From Candidatus Bathyarchaeia archaeon (GTDB taxonomy: Archaea > Thermoproteota > CALKCG01 > B24), in assembly GCA_038870975.1 (NCBI GenBank), contig JAVZJD010000001.1:448001-512000 (forward strand): a stretch of 64,000 bases of DNA, in the 5' to 3' direction. The position numbers and the translations under genes are program-made. The stretch's first letter is position 1, and each line of letters begins with the position of its first letter. This document shows, in pieces, positions 19,252-30,131 of this stretch. The notes beneath the pieces are model-generated. The model was not told the origin of the DNA, searched no databases, and saw only the letters and a list, made by a program, of their open reading frames with translations.

Positions 19252-20494
19252 ACACGTCCCCTATCTTAGGAGCATAAGCATCGAAGCCTAAGTCTTTAGC
19301 ATACTTGCAGAGTGCTTGACACTTCTCAACCTCTCCATGGACTGCGTAAATAACGGGATTCCCATCAAGTTCGCTTAGAAACTTTTTCAACCCGCTCATA
19401 CCTATATGCGAGGAAAAGTCAAACCTTTTAACATTTGCTTTGACTTTTCTAACCTTACCACCTATGACGAATCTACCTTTCTCGAGAAGCTCGCTTCCAG
19501 GCGTTCCAGGTATCTGGTAGCTGACGAGATATATTGCATTATTGCTTGACTTAGCAACTTTTTCAGCGTAAAATACTGCTGTACCACCTTTGAGCATACC
19601 AGCTGGAGCTATTATAACCCCACTCTTCTTAAGTAGGAGACGTCTATCTCTCCAACCTGAGACCCAATTAGCCTTTTCAATAGCCTTCTTAAACAATTCA
19701 GGGTCTCTAAGCCAATCTATATACTTAAGGAAGATCTGCGTAGCATCTACAGCCATGCCGTCTAGAGATATGGGATATGGAAAATTCCACTTAGAGAGAA
19801 CTGTGAGAATTTCCTGAGATCTTCCAACACTGAAGGCCGGTATTAAAACAAGACCTCCACCTTCAACAACATCTAAGACGTTTTCTACGAATTCTCTCTC
19901 AAGCTCAGAACGCTCCGGGTGGTCTTCATCAGCATAAGTGCTCTCGACTATAATAGCGTCTAAAGGACCATAATTTTTAGAAAGCTTTTCCAAGAGACAC
20001 GTATCCACATCGTTTATATCACTCGTGTAGAGTATTCTCTTACCTTCCGCTTCAACGAGCACTTGAGCAGACCCGAGGATGTGCCCAGCATTCAAAAGTG
20101 TAAACTGGATGTCTTTAATTGAAAATTTCTCACCATATTTTAGAGTCTTGGAATATTCAAACATGGTATTCATATCCAGATACTCGTATGGGAGGTAGTA
20201 TCCTGAAAGCCTAATGAAGTCTTTGATCAAAATTTTCATCAAATCTATTGTAGGCGCAGTGGCGTAGAGTGGAATAGGCTTACTTACGTAGAATAGTGGT
20301 GTAGCTCCACTATGGTCTAAGTGTGCATGAGTAACCACTACGAAGTCTACAGATTTAGGGGAGATATGCATCGGAAAGCTTGGAATGCTGTCTACAGCCA
20401 CACCGTAGTCTAAAATAGCCGTAGTCTCCCCCGCTTTAACGGCTATCGCAGATTTCCCTATACTACGCGTCCCACCTAGAAAGGCGATTTTCAA
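19241..20494 (-). CDS. MBL-fold beta-CASP ribonuclease (aCPSF-like, no KH domains)
   Basis: THAHLDHSG, AGHILGSA, VESTY, PAFSVGRSQE, FSSH, VHGE. Confidence 0.9.
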   Translation of the reverse strand: MKIAFLGGTRSIGKSAIAVKAGETTAILDYGVAVDSIPSFPMHISPKSVDFVVVTHAHLDHSGATPLFYVSKPIPLYATAPTIDLMKILIKDFIRLSGYYLPYEYLDMNTMFEYSKTLKYGEKFSIKDIQFTLLNAGHILGSAQVLVEAEGKRILYTSDINDVDTCLLEKLSKNYGPLDAIIVESTYADEDHPERSELEREFVENVLDVVEGGGLVLIPAFSVGRSQEILTVLSKWNFPYPISLDGMAVDATQIFLKYIDWLRDPELFKKAIEKANWVSGWRDRRLLLKKSGVIIAPAGMLKGGTAVFYAEKVAKSSNNAIYLVSYQIPGTPGSELLEKGRFVIGGKVRKVKANVKRFDFSSHIGMSGLKKFLSELDGNPVIYAVHGEVEKCQALCKYAKDLGFDAYAPKIGDVYEI

Positions 20495-20632
20495 AAACTC
20501 TAAACACCCTTCCTCAAGTTCATCTGGCTCAGTTGATTACGAGATTATAGTGATTCAACGTTTAAAATCTTTACGCTTCTACATGGTTTAAAAGCTTATT
20601 AAGATTGAAGGATTTAATTTTTAAAGTCCTCC

Positions 20633-21640
20633 ATGAGCGCGAAATTTGGTGTCTACCTTCCAACATTTAGCAGAGTTAAAACAGAGAGAGAACTTTGGAA
20701 TATGTGTTTAGAGTCTGCTTTAACGGCCGATAAACTGAATTTCACATCCATATTGGCTCCGGACCATCTGCTAGGATTCGACTCCGTCGAAAGATTAGGA
20801 GAACCCAGTATAGACATGCTTGAAAGCTTTACCACAATAGCTGCTCTAGCCCAAGCAACTAAAAAAGTTAAAATAGGCTTTTCCGTGCTCTGTCTACCAT
20901 TTAGAAACCCGGCTTTAACGGCTAAAATGGCCGCTACATTAGATGTAATATCTAACGGAAGACTCATATTCGGCTTAGGAGCTGGATGGCGTGAGGACGA
21001 ATTTAAAAGCTACGGCTACACCTGGAGAACCCTTAAAGAGAGGTTAGAAGAAAGTATAGAAGCCGCTGAAATCATCAAGAAGTGTTGGACTATGGATAAA
21101 GTCTACTTTAAAGGCAGGTACTATAATATTGAAGGTTGCGAGGTTAAACCTAAGCCTCTTCAAAAACCCACTCCTCCAATATGGTTCGGAGGGGTTGGAC
21201 CTAAGGCAATAGAGGGACTTATGCGTATAAACCCAAATGGATGGCTTTCTCCACCGTTAAGACTTGAAGACTTAAAGTATAGAGTTGAAAGATTTCACAT
21301 GGTTGAAAGAGGCTTAACGATAGCTATGGAAATGTACACAAGTATAGACGTGACGTCGGATGGGGCCTTAGAAAAGGCTAGGAAAGCTGTTGAAAAATGG
21401 TTCGGCGACCCGGCTGAAAAAGTAGCTGAATACAATACTTCTGTTCAACTACCGGGTGGAATAACAGTACGCTATGGTGCGACTATAGGCTCACCGGAAG
21501 ATTGTATCGACGTTATAGCTCGATATGCTGAAGCGGGTGTAAACCACTTTATACTCCACTTTATGCCTTTAGAAGATACAGTTGAAGGTTTGAAAATGTA
21601 TGCTAAGAAAGTAGTTCCATACTTTTCAGAAGGATGTTAG
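20633..21640 (+). CDS. LLM-class (probably F420-dependent) oxidoreductase
   Basis: PDH, RNPALTAKMAATLDVISNGRLIFGLGAGW, PKPLQKPTPPIWFGG. Confidence 0.9.
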   Translation: MSAKFGVYLPTFSRVKTERELWNMCLESALTADKLNFTSILAPDHLLGFDSVERLGEPSIDMLESFTTIAALAQATKKVKIGFSVLCLPFRNPALTAKMAATLDVISNGRLIFGLGAGWREDEFKSYGYTWRTLKERLEESIEAAEIIKKCWTMDKVYFKGRYYNIEGCEVKPKPLQKPTPPIWFGGVGPKAIEGLMRINPNGWLSPPLRLEDLKYRVERFHMVERGLTIAMEMYTSIDVTSDGALEKARKAVEKWFGDPAEKVAEYNTSVQLPGGITVRYGATIGSPEDCIDVIARYAEAGVNHFILHFMPLEDTVEGLKMYAKKVVPYFSEGC

Positions 21641-22488
21641 CCTCTGATGAGCTTCTCGGCATTCTTATACAAGATATTTTCCAATACTTCCTCGGGTAGA
21701 TTCAATCCTTCTAGAAGCTTCAAGTGTATGTTTTCAGGGCTAAAGAACCACTCCATGTCTGTACCGTATAGAAGCCTACGGTTAAACTTCTCAAGGAAGA
21801 CTTTTGCGAAGCCAAGGTCTCTGGCCAGAGCATTGTAGCCTGAGAAAGCCGATAAATCGCCGTAAACGTTTTCATAGTTTTCAAGTATGTAAACTGTCCT
21901 ACCTGGATGTTCTATCGGACCTTTGGGATATGAATCTTCTAAATTGAAACTTTCATCCATACACCTCCACCAACCAGGGCCGTGCATTATGAAGTTAACG
22001 TTACTATACTCTTTGACGATTTTCTCAATCCCTTTCAAATCAGGCGTATCCAATATGCCATATGTATCGGAACTTAAGGCGGCAATGTGCATAAGTATTG
22101 GCAATTCAAGCTTTCCACAAACCTTGTAAAGTCTAATGTTGCAGTCATGGTCTATCGGTATTTTAGATGTATGCTCGCCAAAACCTCTACAGCCCATATC
22201 CACGTAACGTGTTATCCTTTCACTTAAACAGACTTCTCTAACTTCAACGACACAGAAGGGGATGAACTTATCAGGATGCCTCCTACAAATGTCCAATACA
22301 TACTCCGTAGGCATTATAAACCCGCTATTCCAACTATAGACCGGCAGGACTATGGCACTTGCTTTATCGTAAGACTCAACATAATTGGCAAGGGTTTCAA
22401 CGGTCACTTTACACCATGGATCGTTTACATTTGCTATGTCTCCATAGCAACCCACATGCGTGTGAACATCAAGAAAGCGGGAAATCAA
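21637..22488 (-). CDS. Amidohydrolase_2 family protein
   Basis: DVHTH, GFGEH, PILMH, FIMHGPGWW, YGDLSA, LYGTD, NAEKL. Confidence 0.88.
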   Translation of the reverse strand: MISRFLDVHTHVGCYGDIANVNDPWCKVTVETLANYVESYDKASAIVLPVYSWNSGFIMPTEYVLDICRRHPDKFIPFCVVEVREVCLSERITRYVDMGCRGFGEHTSKIPIDHDCNIRLYKVCGKLELPILMHIAALSSDTYGILDTPDLKGIEKIVKEYSNVNFIMHGPGWWRCMDESFNLEDSYPKGPIEHPGRTVYILENYENVYGDLSAFSGYNALARDLGFAKVFLEKFNRRLLYGTDMEWFFSPENIHLKLLEGLNLPEEVLENILYKNAEKLIRG

Positions 22489-22540
22489 ACCACCACGCTC
22501 AAACGATACTAGAATCTATAGATATTTCTAAGCGTTTCTT

Positions 22541-23134
22541 CTAAATGTTTCCTAAGATTTTAGGAACTCTTTTTAGAGCCTCTTCTCTAACCATACTGTA
22601 AATATTAGCACCGTGCGAATCTATGGTGACAACCATTGGACCAAGCCTATAGACCTCTAAAATCCATACAGCCTCTGGAGGCCCAAGGTCTAGCCAATAG
22701 GCTTCTGAAACTCTTCTGACAGACTTAGACAGGAGTGCTGAAGCACCTCCCGGAGGACTGCAATATACGGCTTTAAACCGTTTAAAAACGTCAGTAGATT
22801 TCTCCGAGAAGCCTCCTTTACCTATGACAATTTTAACCCCTGACACCTCTAGAAAAGACTCCAGCAGGTCCTCCATCCTCATACTAGTAGTTGGACCTAG
22901 AGCTTCTACTCTCCAACCTCCATCTATGCGTCTAACCACAGGACCACAGTGAAAGACCGGTATTCCATAGAGGTTGAATGGGGGTTTAACATTACTCTGA
23001 AAACACGCTATAAGTCTCTTGGTAGCTTGATCTCTCATGGTGACTACTAGACCTGTAATGTAGACTATGTTGCCGACTCTAAGAGAGGAAACGTCTTCTA
23101 CTGGTACAGTAATATCTAAGCTCATATATATCAC
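22541..23134 (-). CDS. Fe-S fumarate hydratase/tartrate dehydratase beta subunit
   Basis: TMRD, HCGPVV, GPTTSMRM, IGKGG, IDSHG. Confidence 0.92.
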   Translation of the reverse strand: MIYMSLDITVPVEDVSSLRVGNIVYITGLVVTMRDQATKRLIACFQSNVKPPFNLYGIPVFHCGPVVRRIDGGWRVEALGPTTSMRMEDLLESFLEVSGVKIVIGKGGFSEKSTDVFKRFKAVYCSPPGGASALLSKSVRRVSEAYWLDLGPPEAVWILEVYRLGPMVVTIDSHGANIYSMVREEALKRVPKILGNI

Positions 23135-24007
23135 CTACAAAACCTCATAGTAACCGTTAGGCTTAACTATGGCTGACGCCCTCCGTGCAGCCCAACACTG
23201 GAAGTTTATCGCCAGAGGAAGACTCGCAGTATGGCAGTAGGCGTACTCGATCTTAACGTCTAAACACGTCCATCTTCCACCAAGCCCCATTGGACCTATT
23301 CCAGTCTTATTAACCGCTTCGAACAGTTCAGATTCAAGCTTAGCGATTTCAGGATTCGCATTTCTTTCTCCCACTGGTCTTAGTAGTACCCTCTTAGCCA
23401 TAAGCATAGCTTCTTCGGCCGTACCACCTAAACCAACTCCAAGGATTGTCGGAGGACATGGCATGCCTCCAGCTTCTACAACTCTAGATAGTATTACGTT
23501 TTTTATTGCTTCTACAGATTTAACTGGCGTGAGCATGTGAAAACTGCTCACGTTTTCAGAACCAGCACCCTTAGGCATAAAGTGGATTTTAATGTCGCTT
23601 CCATCGGTTTTCACAACGTGCAATACTGGAATTCCAACCCCAGTATTATCTCCAGTATTAACTCGCGTCAGCGGATGGACTACATTGGGTCTGAGGGGGA
23701 TTCTTACAGTAGCCTTGGACACGGCTTCTGTAAAAACCCTGTGGTAATCTATTCTCCAGGGCGTTTCCAACCCCTCTTCAACTATGAAGACAGGTATGCC
23801 AGTATCTTGACATATAAGTCCACCCTCCTCTCTAGCTATTTTAATGTTTTCAACGATTGCTTCAAGCATCTTCACTCCTATTTCAGAAGTCTCAGTTTCA
23901 TACGCTTCAATTAGAGCCTTCTCCACGTCTATAGGGACCGTTTTTACAGCTTTATCTATGAGCTTGAACACAACATCTAGAAGAACTTCTTCAAAATCCA
24001 ACTCCAT
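23135..24007 (-). CDS. Fe-S fumarate hydratase/tartrate dehydratase alpha subunit
   Basis: ICQDTG, LRPNVV, KGAGSEN, PCPP, GPMGLGG, HTASLP, CWAARR. Confidence 0.93.
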   Translation of the reverse strand: MELDFEEVLLDVVFKLIDKAVKTVPIDVEKALIEAYETETSEIGVKMLEAIVENIKIAREEGGLICQDTGIPVFIVEEGLETPWRIDYHRVFTEAVSKATVRIPLRPNVVHPLTRVNTGDNTGVGIPVLHVVKTDGSDIKIHFMPKGAGSENVSSFHMLTPVKSVEAIKNVILSRVVEAGGMPCPPTILGVGLGGTAEEAMLMAKRVLLRPVGERNANPEIAKLESELFEAVNKTGIGPMGLGGRWTCLDVKIEYAYCHTASLPLAINFQCWAARRASAIVKPNGYYEVL

Positions 24008-24133
24008 AATAGAATATTAAATCTTAAGTTTAAACTTTTCATGTTTAAACTTCAACAGATGGTCTTAAATCCTTCCTTTACGAGTGTATATCCTTTAAAT
24101 ATAGGATTCTTCAAAGTTTATTTCAGATAGAAA

Positions 24134-25126
24134 ATGGACCTCGAAGAAGAAACACCTAAGAAACGTTTCGAAAACATCGAGGATATTCCTGGAATAGGAC
24201 CTTCTACAGCTTCTAAGCTTAGAGAGCTTGGATACCATACAATTGAATCGCTCGCCACGGCTACTATTAAAGAGCTTATGCTGGCTGGGCTGGGTGAAAA
24301 ACAGGCGGCTAAGATAATTGCTTTAGCTAGAGACTCTATTTCCGTTCAATTCGTCACAGCGGACATCCTTCTCCAAGAGAGGATTAACGTCAGAAAGCTC
24401 ACCACGGGGAGTAAAATCCTCGATATGCTTATCGGAGGAGGTTTGGAAACGCAAACGATCACAGAGTTCTTTGGAGCCTATGGCAGTGGTAAGAGCCAAC
24501 TATGCCACCAGTTATGTGTAAACGTCCAGCTTCCATATGAAAGGGGGGGACTTGAGGGCTCTGCACTTTATATAGATACTGAGCACACTTTCAGTCCAGA
24601 GAGGATTGTTCAAATGGCTAGGTTTAGAGGTTTAGACCCTGAGAAGGTCGTCAAAAGGATAATCTATGCTGAAGCCTTCAACTCCGACCACCAAATGCTC
24701 TTGTTAGATAAATGTGACAAACTAGTTAAAGAAAACAACGTTAAACTTATAGTTGTAGATTCTCTTACAGCACACTTTAGGAGTGAATACCTCGGAAGGG
24801 AGATGCTGGCTGAAAGACAGCAGAAGCTCAATAAACACATGCATAAACTATTTAGATTAGCTAGAGCTTTCAACCTTGTGGCTGTCGTTACAAATCAAGT
24901 CATGGCTAAACCAGACGTATTCTTCGGAGAATCTGTGCAAGCCGTTGGAGGCCACATTGTTGGACATACGAGCCACACGCGTATATATCTTAAGAAGTCT
25001 ACGAAGGGAAATGTTAGGATAGCTAGATTAGTTTCAAGTCCATATCTTCCAGAGGGTGAAGCAGTATTTAAAATTACTGAAAACGGGGTTGAAGATGCTG
25101 AAGAAGAGACTGTAAAAGAGGAGTAG
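24134..25126 (+). CDS. radA: DNA repair and recombination protein RadA
   Basis: N-terminal HhH (IPGIGP), [37 protein letters not shown]; no intein. Confidence 0.98.
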   Translation: MDLEEETPKKRFENIEDIPGIGPSTASKLRELGYHTIESLATATIKELMLAGLGEKQAAKIIALARDSISVQFVTADILLQERINVRKLTTGSKILDMLIGGGLETQTITEFFGAYGSGKSQLCHQLCVNVQLPYERGGLEGSALYIDTEHTFSPERIVQMARFRGLDPEKVVKRIIYAEAFNSDHQMLLLDKCDKLVKENNVKLIVVDSLTAHFRSEYLGREMLAERQQKLNKHMHKLFRLARAFNLVAVVTNQVMAKPDVFFGESVQAVGGHIVGHTSHTRIYLKKSTKGNVRIARLVSSPYLPEGEAVFKITENGVEDAEEETVKEE

Positions 25127-25129
25127 CAC

Positions 25130-25468
25130 ATGTCTCTAAACGAGACGATTTTAAGAGAATTCTTTGAATATGTGCTTAAGGGAGATTATGTTAAAGCTAA
25201 GTCTTTAATTGAAAAATTTGAGGGAAGTAGCTTTTCAGAGTATGAAATGGGCTATTTAAACGCTATGAGGGGGATAGCTTCAACGATAAGGGAAGGTAAT
25301 TCCAACGTTAACCATCAACTAGATGAAAACTTCATCAGAATTCGAATTTTAAAGTTTAAAGAAATTCTTGAGCTTGGAAACCCAATGATAGACGACTACG
25401 ACAAAGGTTTTTTCGAATGCTGGATGAAATTTCTAAGAAAGGCCCTAGAATACTTGGAAAAAAGTTAA
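25130..25468 (+). CDS. Hypothetical helical protein, likely co-transcribed with radA
   Basis: 3-nt gap after radA; repeated YE.GY / YDKGFF pattern. Confidence 0.6.
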   Translation: MSLNETILREFFEYVLKGDYVKAKSLIEKFEGSSFSEYEMGYLNAMRGIASTIREGNSNVNHQLDENFIRIRILKFKEILELGNPMIDDYDKGFFECWMKFLRKALEYLEKS

Positions 25469-25486
25469 TGTTTTTCAAAATATAGC

Positions 25487-25738
25487 CTATTTGAGGAAAT
25501 TGTATAAGATTGTCCATGCGGTTAGCCATACGAGGAAGTAAGTACCCATCCCCTCAAGAAGGAGTTTCTTCGAGTCGACCTCTTCACCAACCCTACTTCT
25601 AAAGATGTAATGTGTTAACACATATATACATATGGCGAGTAATAGGCCTCCAATTCCCCATATTTTAAGGAAGCCTGACAGTAGGGCTACGGCTAAAGCT
25701 AAGCTGAAGCGTATCCAATATACATATTTGAAGTTCAT
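25487..25738 (-). CDS. EMC6/Rab5-interacting-like three-helix membrane protein
   Basis: Three hydrophobic segments and C-terminal G.GTYFLVWL..WTILYN resembling the EMC6 G..TYVLFWT.LY motif; start may be 25780. Confidence 0.65.
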   Translation of the reverse strand: MNFKYVYWIRFSLALAVALLSGFLKIWGIGGLLLAICIYVLTHYIFRSRVGEEVDSKKLLLEGMGTYFLVWLTAWTILYNFLK

Positions 25739-25802
25739 ATAGGCTTCCCTATTCTCTAGGGAATAGAAACCTTTAAGCATTACTTTAAATTAGCATCAAC
25801 CG

Positions 25803-27755
25803 ATGCCTAGAAGCCGAATGAATGGCATTGACATAGCTGTAGTACTGTCTGAGATTAAAAGCCTAGTTGAGGGGCTGTATGTAGATAGCATATATCTAGT
25901 AGATAGAGCTTTGATTTTAAAGCTAAGAGGTGGAGGAATATCTAGAGAGCTCGTAGTAGATATCGACAGAGCAGTCTACTTGACAACGTTTGAAAAAATC
26001 AAGCCTATTAAGCCCCACCAGTTTGCAATGTTTCTAAGAAAGTACCTATCCGGCTCGAGGATTTCAAACGTTTCACAAAGAGGGTTAGAGAAGATTGTAG
26101 AAATTTTGTTCGAGGGTGGACGGGGGAAATACACGCTAGTAGCCGAATTGTTTGCCAATGGTAATGTGGTTTTTCTAGATGAAGACCGCGTAGTTAAAGC
26201 TGTTCTACGAAGAACGTATTCGAAAACCAGGGTTTTCAAAGTTGGATCTGTCTACCAGTATCCTCCGACATTAGAGGACCCGAGAGAAGCTACTCTTGAA
26301 AGGCTTATAAACATAAAGAAGTCTGGATTCAAAAACCTTCAGTCCGCCCTGTCAAAGACGACCGGACTTCCATCCCCTTACTCTGAGGAGGTCATCACAA
26401 GAGCTGGATTTACTCCGTCTACATCTGTAGAAGAGCTAAATGAAGAATCTATTGAGAAGATATACAACGAATTGAAAGCGTTTCTTGATGAAGTATTTGC
26501 TAAACCTACAAAGCCAGTTGTCTATACAGATGAGAAGGGGGTTTTAGTAGATTTCTCACCAGTGCCCTTGACGATATACAGAGGCTTAAACGCTAAATTC
26601 TACGGGTCTTTCGCCGAGGCAGTTGATGTATATTTTTCAGGACTCTACGAGTATGAGAAGAAAATAGAGGAGGAGCAGAAACTTAAAGCTGAAGCCGAAA
26701 GACGTAGAGTGTCGTTGGATCAGCAGATGAAGGCACTCTCTAAATTTATCGAAGAGTCTAAAAACTATCGGTCTATAGGCGTACTTCTAATGAATAAGCT
26801 TCACGTCCTGCAAGCGGTATTCCTAACGTTTAAAGAGCTTATTCAAAGTCGAGGTATTAAGGAGGCTGAAGACGCTCTAAGACGTGAATTAGCTCAAGAA
26901 GGATTAAACTTATTAAACGTTGAAATGGACGGTAGATTTGTCGAATTAGATGGCTTTGGATTACGTTTTAAACTCAACACAGAGCTCAGCATAGCCGAAA
27001 ACGCTTCAAGATTTTTCACGCTAGCTAAAGAGGCTGAGGAAAAAGCTAAGAGAATTGAAGAAGCCATGGATATTGTCGGTAAGCAGGTTAAGGCTAGCGA
27101 AGAAGAACGATTATACGTTAAAAAATCTGGAGCTTGGTATGAACAGTTTAGGTATACTTTTACGGGGGATGGTTTTTTAATAGTTGGAGGAAAAGACGCA
27201 TCTACAAATGAACTACTGCTAGACAAATATGTTGAGCCGAAAGACGTTATCTTCCACGCAGAATATGCGGGTTCACCATTCGTAGTGCTTAAGACAAGTG
27301 GTAAAGAGCCTACTCCAGAGGCTATCTGGGAAGCCTCCGTTATTACAGCATGTTATAGTAGAGCTTGGAACGACGGTCTTGCAAACTTAGACGTCTTCTA
27401 CGTAAGGCCTACTCAAGTGTCTAAAAGTCCTCCCTCTGGGGAGTATATTAAACGTGGAGGGTTTATGATTAGAGGTAGTAAAAACTACATTCGTAAGGTG
27501 CCTCTAAAGCTCTGTATAGGTGTTAAAGTAGAAGAAGACGGTTTAACGGTTTTACCTTGTTCGGAGGAGAACGCTAGGAAAATGTTCGACGCTTACGTTT
27601 CTATAAGACCGGGTAATGTCGATAAGCGTAGGTTGGCTGAGGAGATCGTTGAAAAACTTAAGAGTAGACTAGGAAAGGTTTTAAAACGTATACAGCTACC
27701 TATTGATTGTATTTACAGACTTATACCTGGAAGCGGGGGTGTTTTGGAGGATTAA
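25803..27755 (+). CDS. rqcH: Ribosome quality-control protein Rqc2/NEMF (NFACT family)
   Basis: FAMFLRKYL, ELFANGN, ENASRFF..AK, WYEQFR, GGKDASTNE, FHAE..GSP, QVSKSPPSGEY..GGFMIRG. Confidence 0.92.
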   Translation: MPRSRMNGIDIAVVLSEIKSLVEGLYVDSIYLVDRALILKLRGGGISRELVVDIDRAVYLTTFEKIKPIKPHQFAMFLRKYLSGSRISNVSQRGLEKIVEILFEGGRGKYTLVAELFANGNVVFLDEDRVVKAVLRRTYSKTRVFKVGSVYQYPPTLEDPREATLERLINIKKSGFKNLQSALSKTTGLPSPYSEEVITRAGFTPSTSVEELNEESIEKIYNELKAFLDEVFAKPTKPVVYTDEKGVLVDFSPVPLTIYRGLNAKFYGSFAEAVDVYFSGLYEYEKKIEEEQKLKAEAERRRVSLDQQMKALSKFIEESKNYRSIGVLLMNKLHVLQAVFLTFKELIQSRGIKEAEDALRRELAQEGLNLLNVEMDGRFVELDGFGLRFKLNTELSIAENASRFFTLAKEAEEKAKRIEEAMDIVGKQVKASEEERLYVKKSGAWYEQFRYTFTGDGFLIVGGKDASTNELLLDKYVEPKDVIFHAEYAGSPFVVLKTSGKEPTPEAIWEASVITACYSRAWNDGLANLDVFYVRPTQVSKSPPSGEYIKRGGFMIRGSKNYIRKVPLKLCIGVKVEEDGLTVLPCSEENARKMFDAYVSIRPGNVDKRRLAEEIVEKLKSRLGKVLKRIQLPIDCIYRLIPGSGGVLED

Positions 27756-27759
27756 ACAT

Positions 27760-28320
27760 ATGAGTGAAAGAATAAGTCTTAAGGTTAAAGTTAAATCGAT
27801 AATGTCAAGCCCAGCCATAATAGCTAAAGCAGACGATAAAGTGTCAGATATCGCCAAGATCATGGATTTCCACGATATAGGAAGCGTTATTATCACAGAT
27901 GCAGAGGGTAAACCCATAGGTATAATAACAGATATGGATATAATTAAACGCGTAATAGCTAAAAACCTAAACCCGTATGAGGTTAAAGCTAAAGACGTAA
28001 TGAGCCAACCGTTGATAACAGTAGACCCAGATACAGATATTACCGACGCTGCGAAGCTAATGAGCTACTACCACGTCAAGAGGCTTGGAGTCATGTATAA
28101 GGGTAAGCTTGTAGGAGTCATATCATCGAAAGATATAACGGCAATTATGCCAGAACTCATAGAGATAATATATGAGAAGGCTCGTATTGAAGGGCTCATA
28201 GTAACACCTGGATCTGAAGAAGTAGCTGTTGGATACTGTGAAATTTGCGGTCAGTGGAGCGACTTATTAACATTCAAAAATGGAAAGTTCTTATGTAAAG
28301 ATTGCGTAGAAGAAAGCTGA
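27760..28320 (+). CDS. CBS-pair protein with C-terminal Zn ribbon
   Basis: Two CBS repeats plus CEICG..LCKDC; ATG at 27760 follows GGAGG. Confidence 0.88.
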   Translation: MSERISLKVKVKSIMSSPAIIAKADDKVSDIAKIMDFHDIGSVIITDAEGKPIGIITDMDIIKRVIAKNLNPYEVKAKDVMSQPLITVDPDTDITDAAKLMSYYHVKRLGVMYKGKLVGVISSKDITAIMPELIEIIYEKARIEGLIVTPGSEEVAVGYCEICGQWSDLLTFKNGKFLCKDCVEES

Positions 28321-28371
28321 GAAGTTTAAACCCATTTTACCGTGTGAATAGATCTCAAATGGAAGTTTAAT

Positions 28372-29532
28372 CTACTGTTGGAGAACCCTACCGTAGTACA
28401 TCAAGTCCCATAGTCGTTTTGGAAGTACGTACTTGGTTTTTAAATGTTGCGGATTCAATTCCAACGGGTCTAGGCCGTAGACCTTGGCAAACTCCTCATG
28501 AACAGTTTTCTCGTAGGTCGTAATTCCCTTCAGAGGAAGATCAACTCTAACGCCATTCAGCATCTCAGATTCTCTAATAGCCATTAAAACTTCTAAATCC
28601 CTTTTCGCGTTTTCAAACCCATAGTTGAGTGGTTTACCGTAAACTATGGCATTGTAGAGACTTATCCACGCATCAGCGATAGCGACTTCATCGTAATCGG
28701 TCAGCGGATATATACTTAGAGGCGTCTGGAGAAATAACTCAGGTTTGGTGGAGACTTTCGCCCCCACCACTCTTAAACAACCGTCAACTACAGAGGTCTC
28801 AATGGAGATTTTGAAAGTTTGACCGTTTCTAAAACACAATTCACTACCTTTTAAAGAAGCTTCTGTCCCATTTATCTCCCAGTAGTTACCCCGGTTACGG
28901 TTAAACTCATAGACCCCAGTTATACCGTTGAGAAGATTTATCTCAGCTTTTTCAAGAATAGAGTCTAAAGGTGGGAAGACCCCTACGACACTTTTTACTT
29001 CAGATTTAAGTATACTTCTTATCGCTGCAATACCGTGGTATGAACCAGATACATATGATAGATAGAAACTTTTAACTTCGCCTAAAAATCCATCCGCCAC
29101 AATCTTCTGCTTTAGACGCTCCTGAGGCCATCTGGGGACGTTCTCTGAAACCTCCAGGAGAATGCTATTCTCCCTTGCCGCCTTAATCATGTAGTCTGCA
29201 CATGCGGCAGTTATAGCAATCGGCGTTTCGGTGAGAATATGTATTCTCTTTTGAGCTAAAACATTCGCTACGACATGATGCCCTTCAGCTTGAACAGCTA
29301 TTAAACAAGCATCAAGCTTTTCCTCGCTAAGCATCTTCTCCAAATCGTCGTAAGCTTTAACCCCCACATTATCAGAAACGCTTTTCGCACGGAGCACGTC
29401 GACATCGCATACTGCGACTAGTCGATATTTATCTCTAAGCTTTAAGAGCACACTGATATGGCTTCTAGCCCTACTTCCAGCACCAACAATTCCCACATTC
29501 AATAGCCTCAAGGTAGACCTTAAGGATTTCAT
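28372..29532 (-). CDS. Gfo/Idh/MocA family oxidoreductase
   Basis: VGIVGAG, AVCD, HILTETPI, EVSEN. Confidence 0.85.
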   Translation of the reverse strand: MKSLRSTLRLLNVGIVGAGSRARSHISVLLKLRDKYRLVAVCDVDVLRAKSVSDNVGVKAYDDLEKMLSEEKLDACLIAVQAEGHHVVANVLAQKRIHILTETPIAITAACADYMIKAARENSILLEVSENVPRWPQERLKQKIVADGFLGEVKSFYLSYVSGSYHGIAAIRSILKSEVKSVVGVFPPLDSILEKAEINLLNGITGVYEFNRNRGNYWEINGTEASLKGSELCFRNGQTFKISIETSVVDGCLRVVGAKVSTKPELFLQTPLSIYPLTDYDEVAIADAWISLYNAIVYGKPLNYGFENAKRDLEVLMAIRESEMLNGVRVDLPLKGITTYEKTVHEEFAKVYGLDPLELNPQHLKTKYVLPKRLWDLMYYGRVLQQ

Positions 29533-29619
29533 CCTTCCTTAGATAAATGGTTTTCGAGCGGCTCCTAACATTAGACCGTATTATAATTTAAACTAGAGAA
29601 CGTAACCGCTTAAGCAAGT

Positions 29620-29936
29620 TATCTACAGCTAAGAATCCTGAATTATGCATCGAGATATCTCCATCGGGTCTTCCACCGCTATCGTTGGAAGAGCTTAAGT
29701 CTATAAGCCCTGGTTACGAGTACGTCCTGAAGATAAACAATTGGCTTGTAAGAGTTGAAAAAGACGCCTACATTGGCTCAGAAGAGCTTAGAAGAAAATA
29801 TGGGAAGGACCGTGCACCTTTAGCAGAAGCTTGGATTGAGGGTTTTAACTACTTAATAGGTTCTCCCATATTAACTGCTGAAGAACTACTACAACTCATC
29901 CAAAACATGGAGTCAATAACGCAACCTCCGCCTTAG
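29620..29936 (+). pseudogene. Probable 5'-truncated gene fragment of unknown function
   Basis: Reading frame stays open upstream of the TTG call (LSTAKNPELCIEISPSGLPPL...) with no convincing start. Confidence 0.35.
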
Positions 29937-30131
29937 GAACTCAATGCAGGGTTTCAGACAATCCAAACAAAGTTTGAAAATCCATAGAAAAACTATGGAA
30001 ATTGAATGGAAGTCCGGACATAATCTGAGGTGGATTCAGATATTTAATTAAGACGATGGATGTGACAGAGAATTTAGGAATTTACACATATTTTTAAAGT
30101 GGGATCCGAGGATAATTTGTTAATTAACAAA

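Noticed and set aside
24134-25126. Intein in RadA
   Set aside because: The Walker A region is contiguous and the protein is normal length (330 aa).
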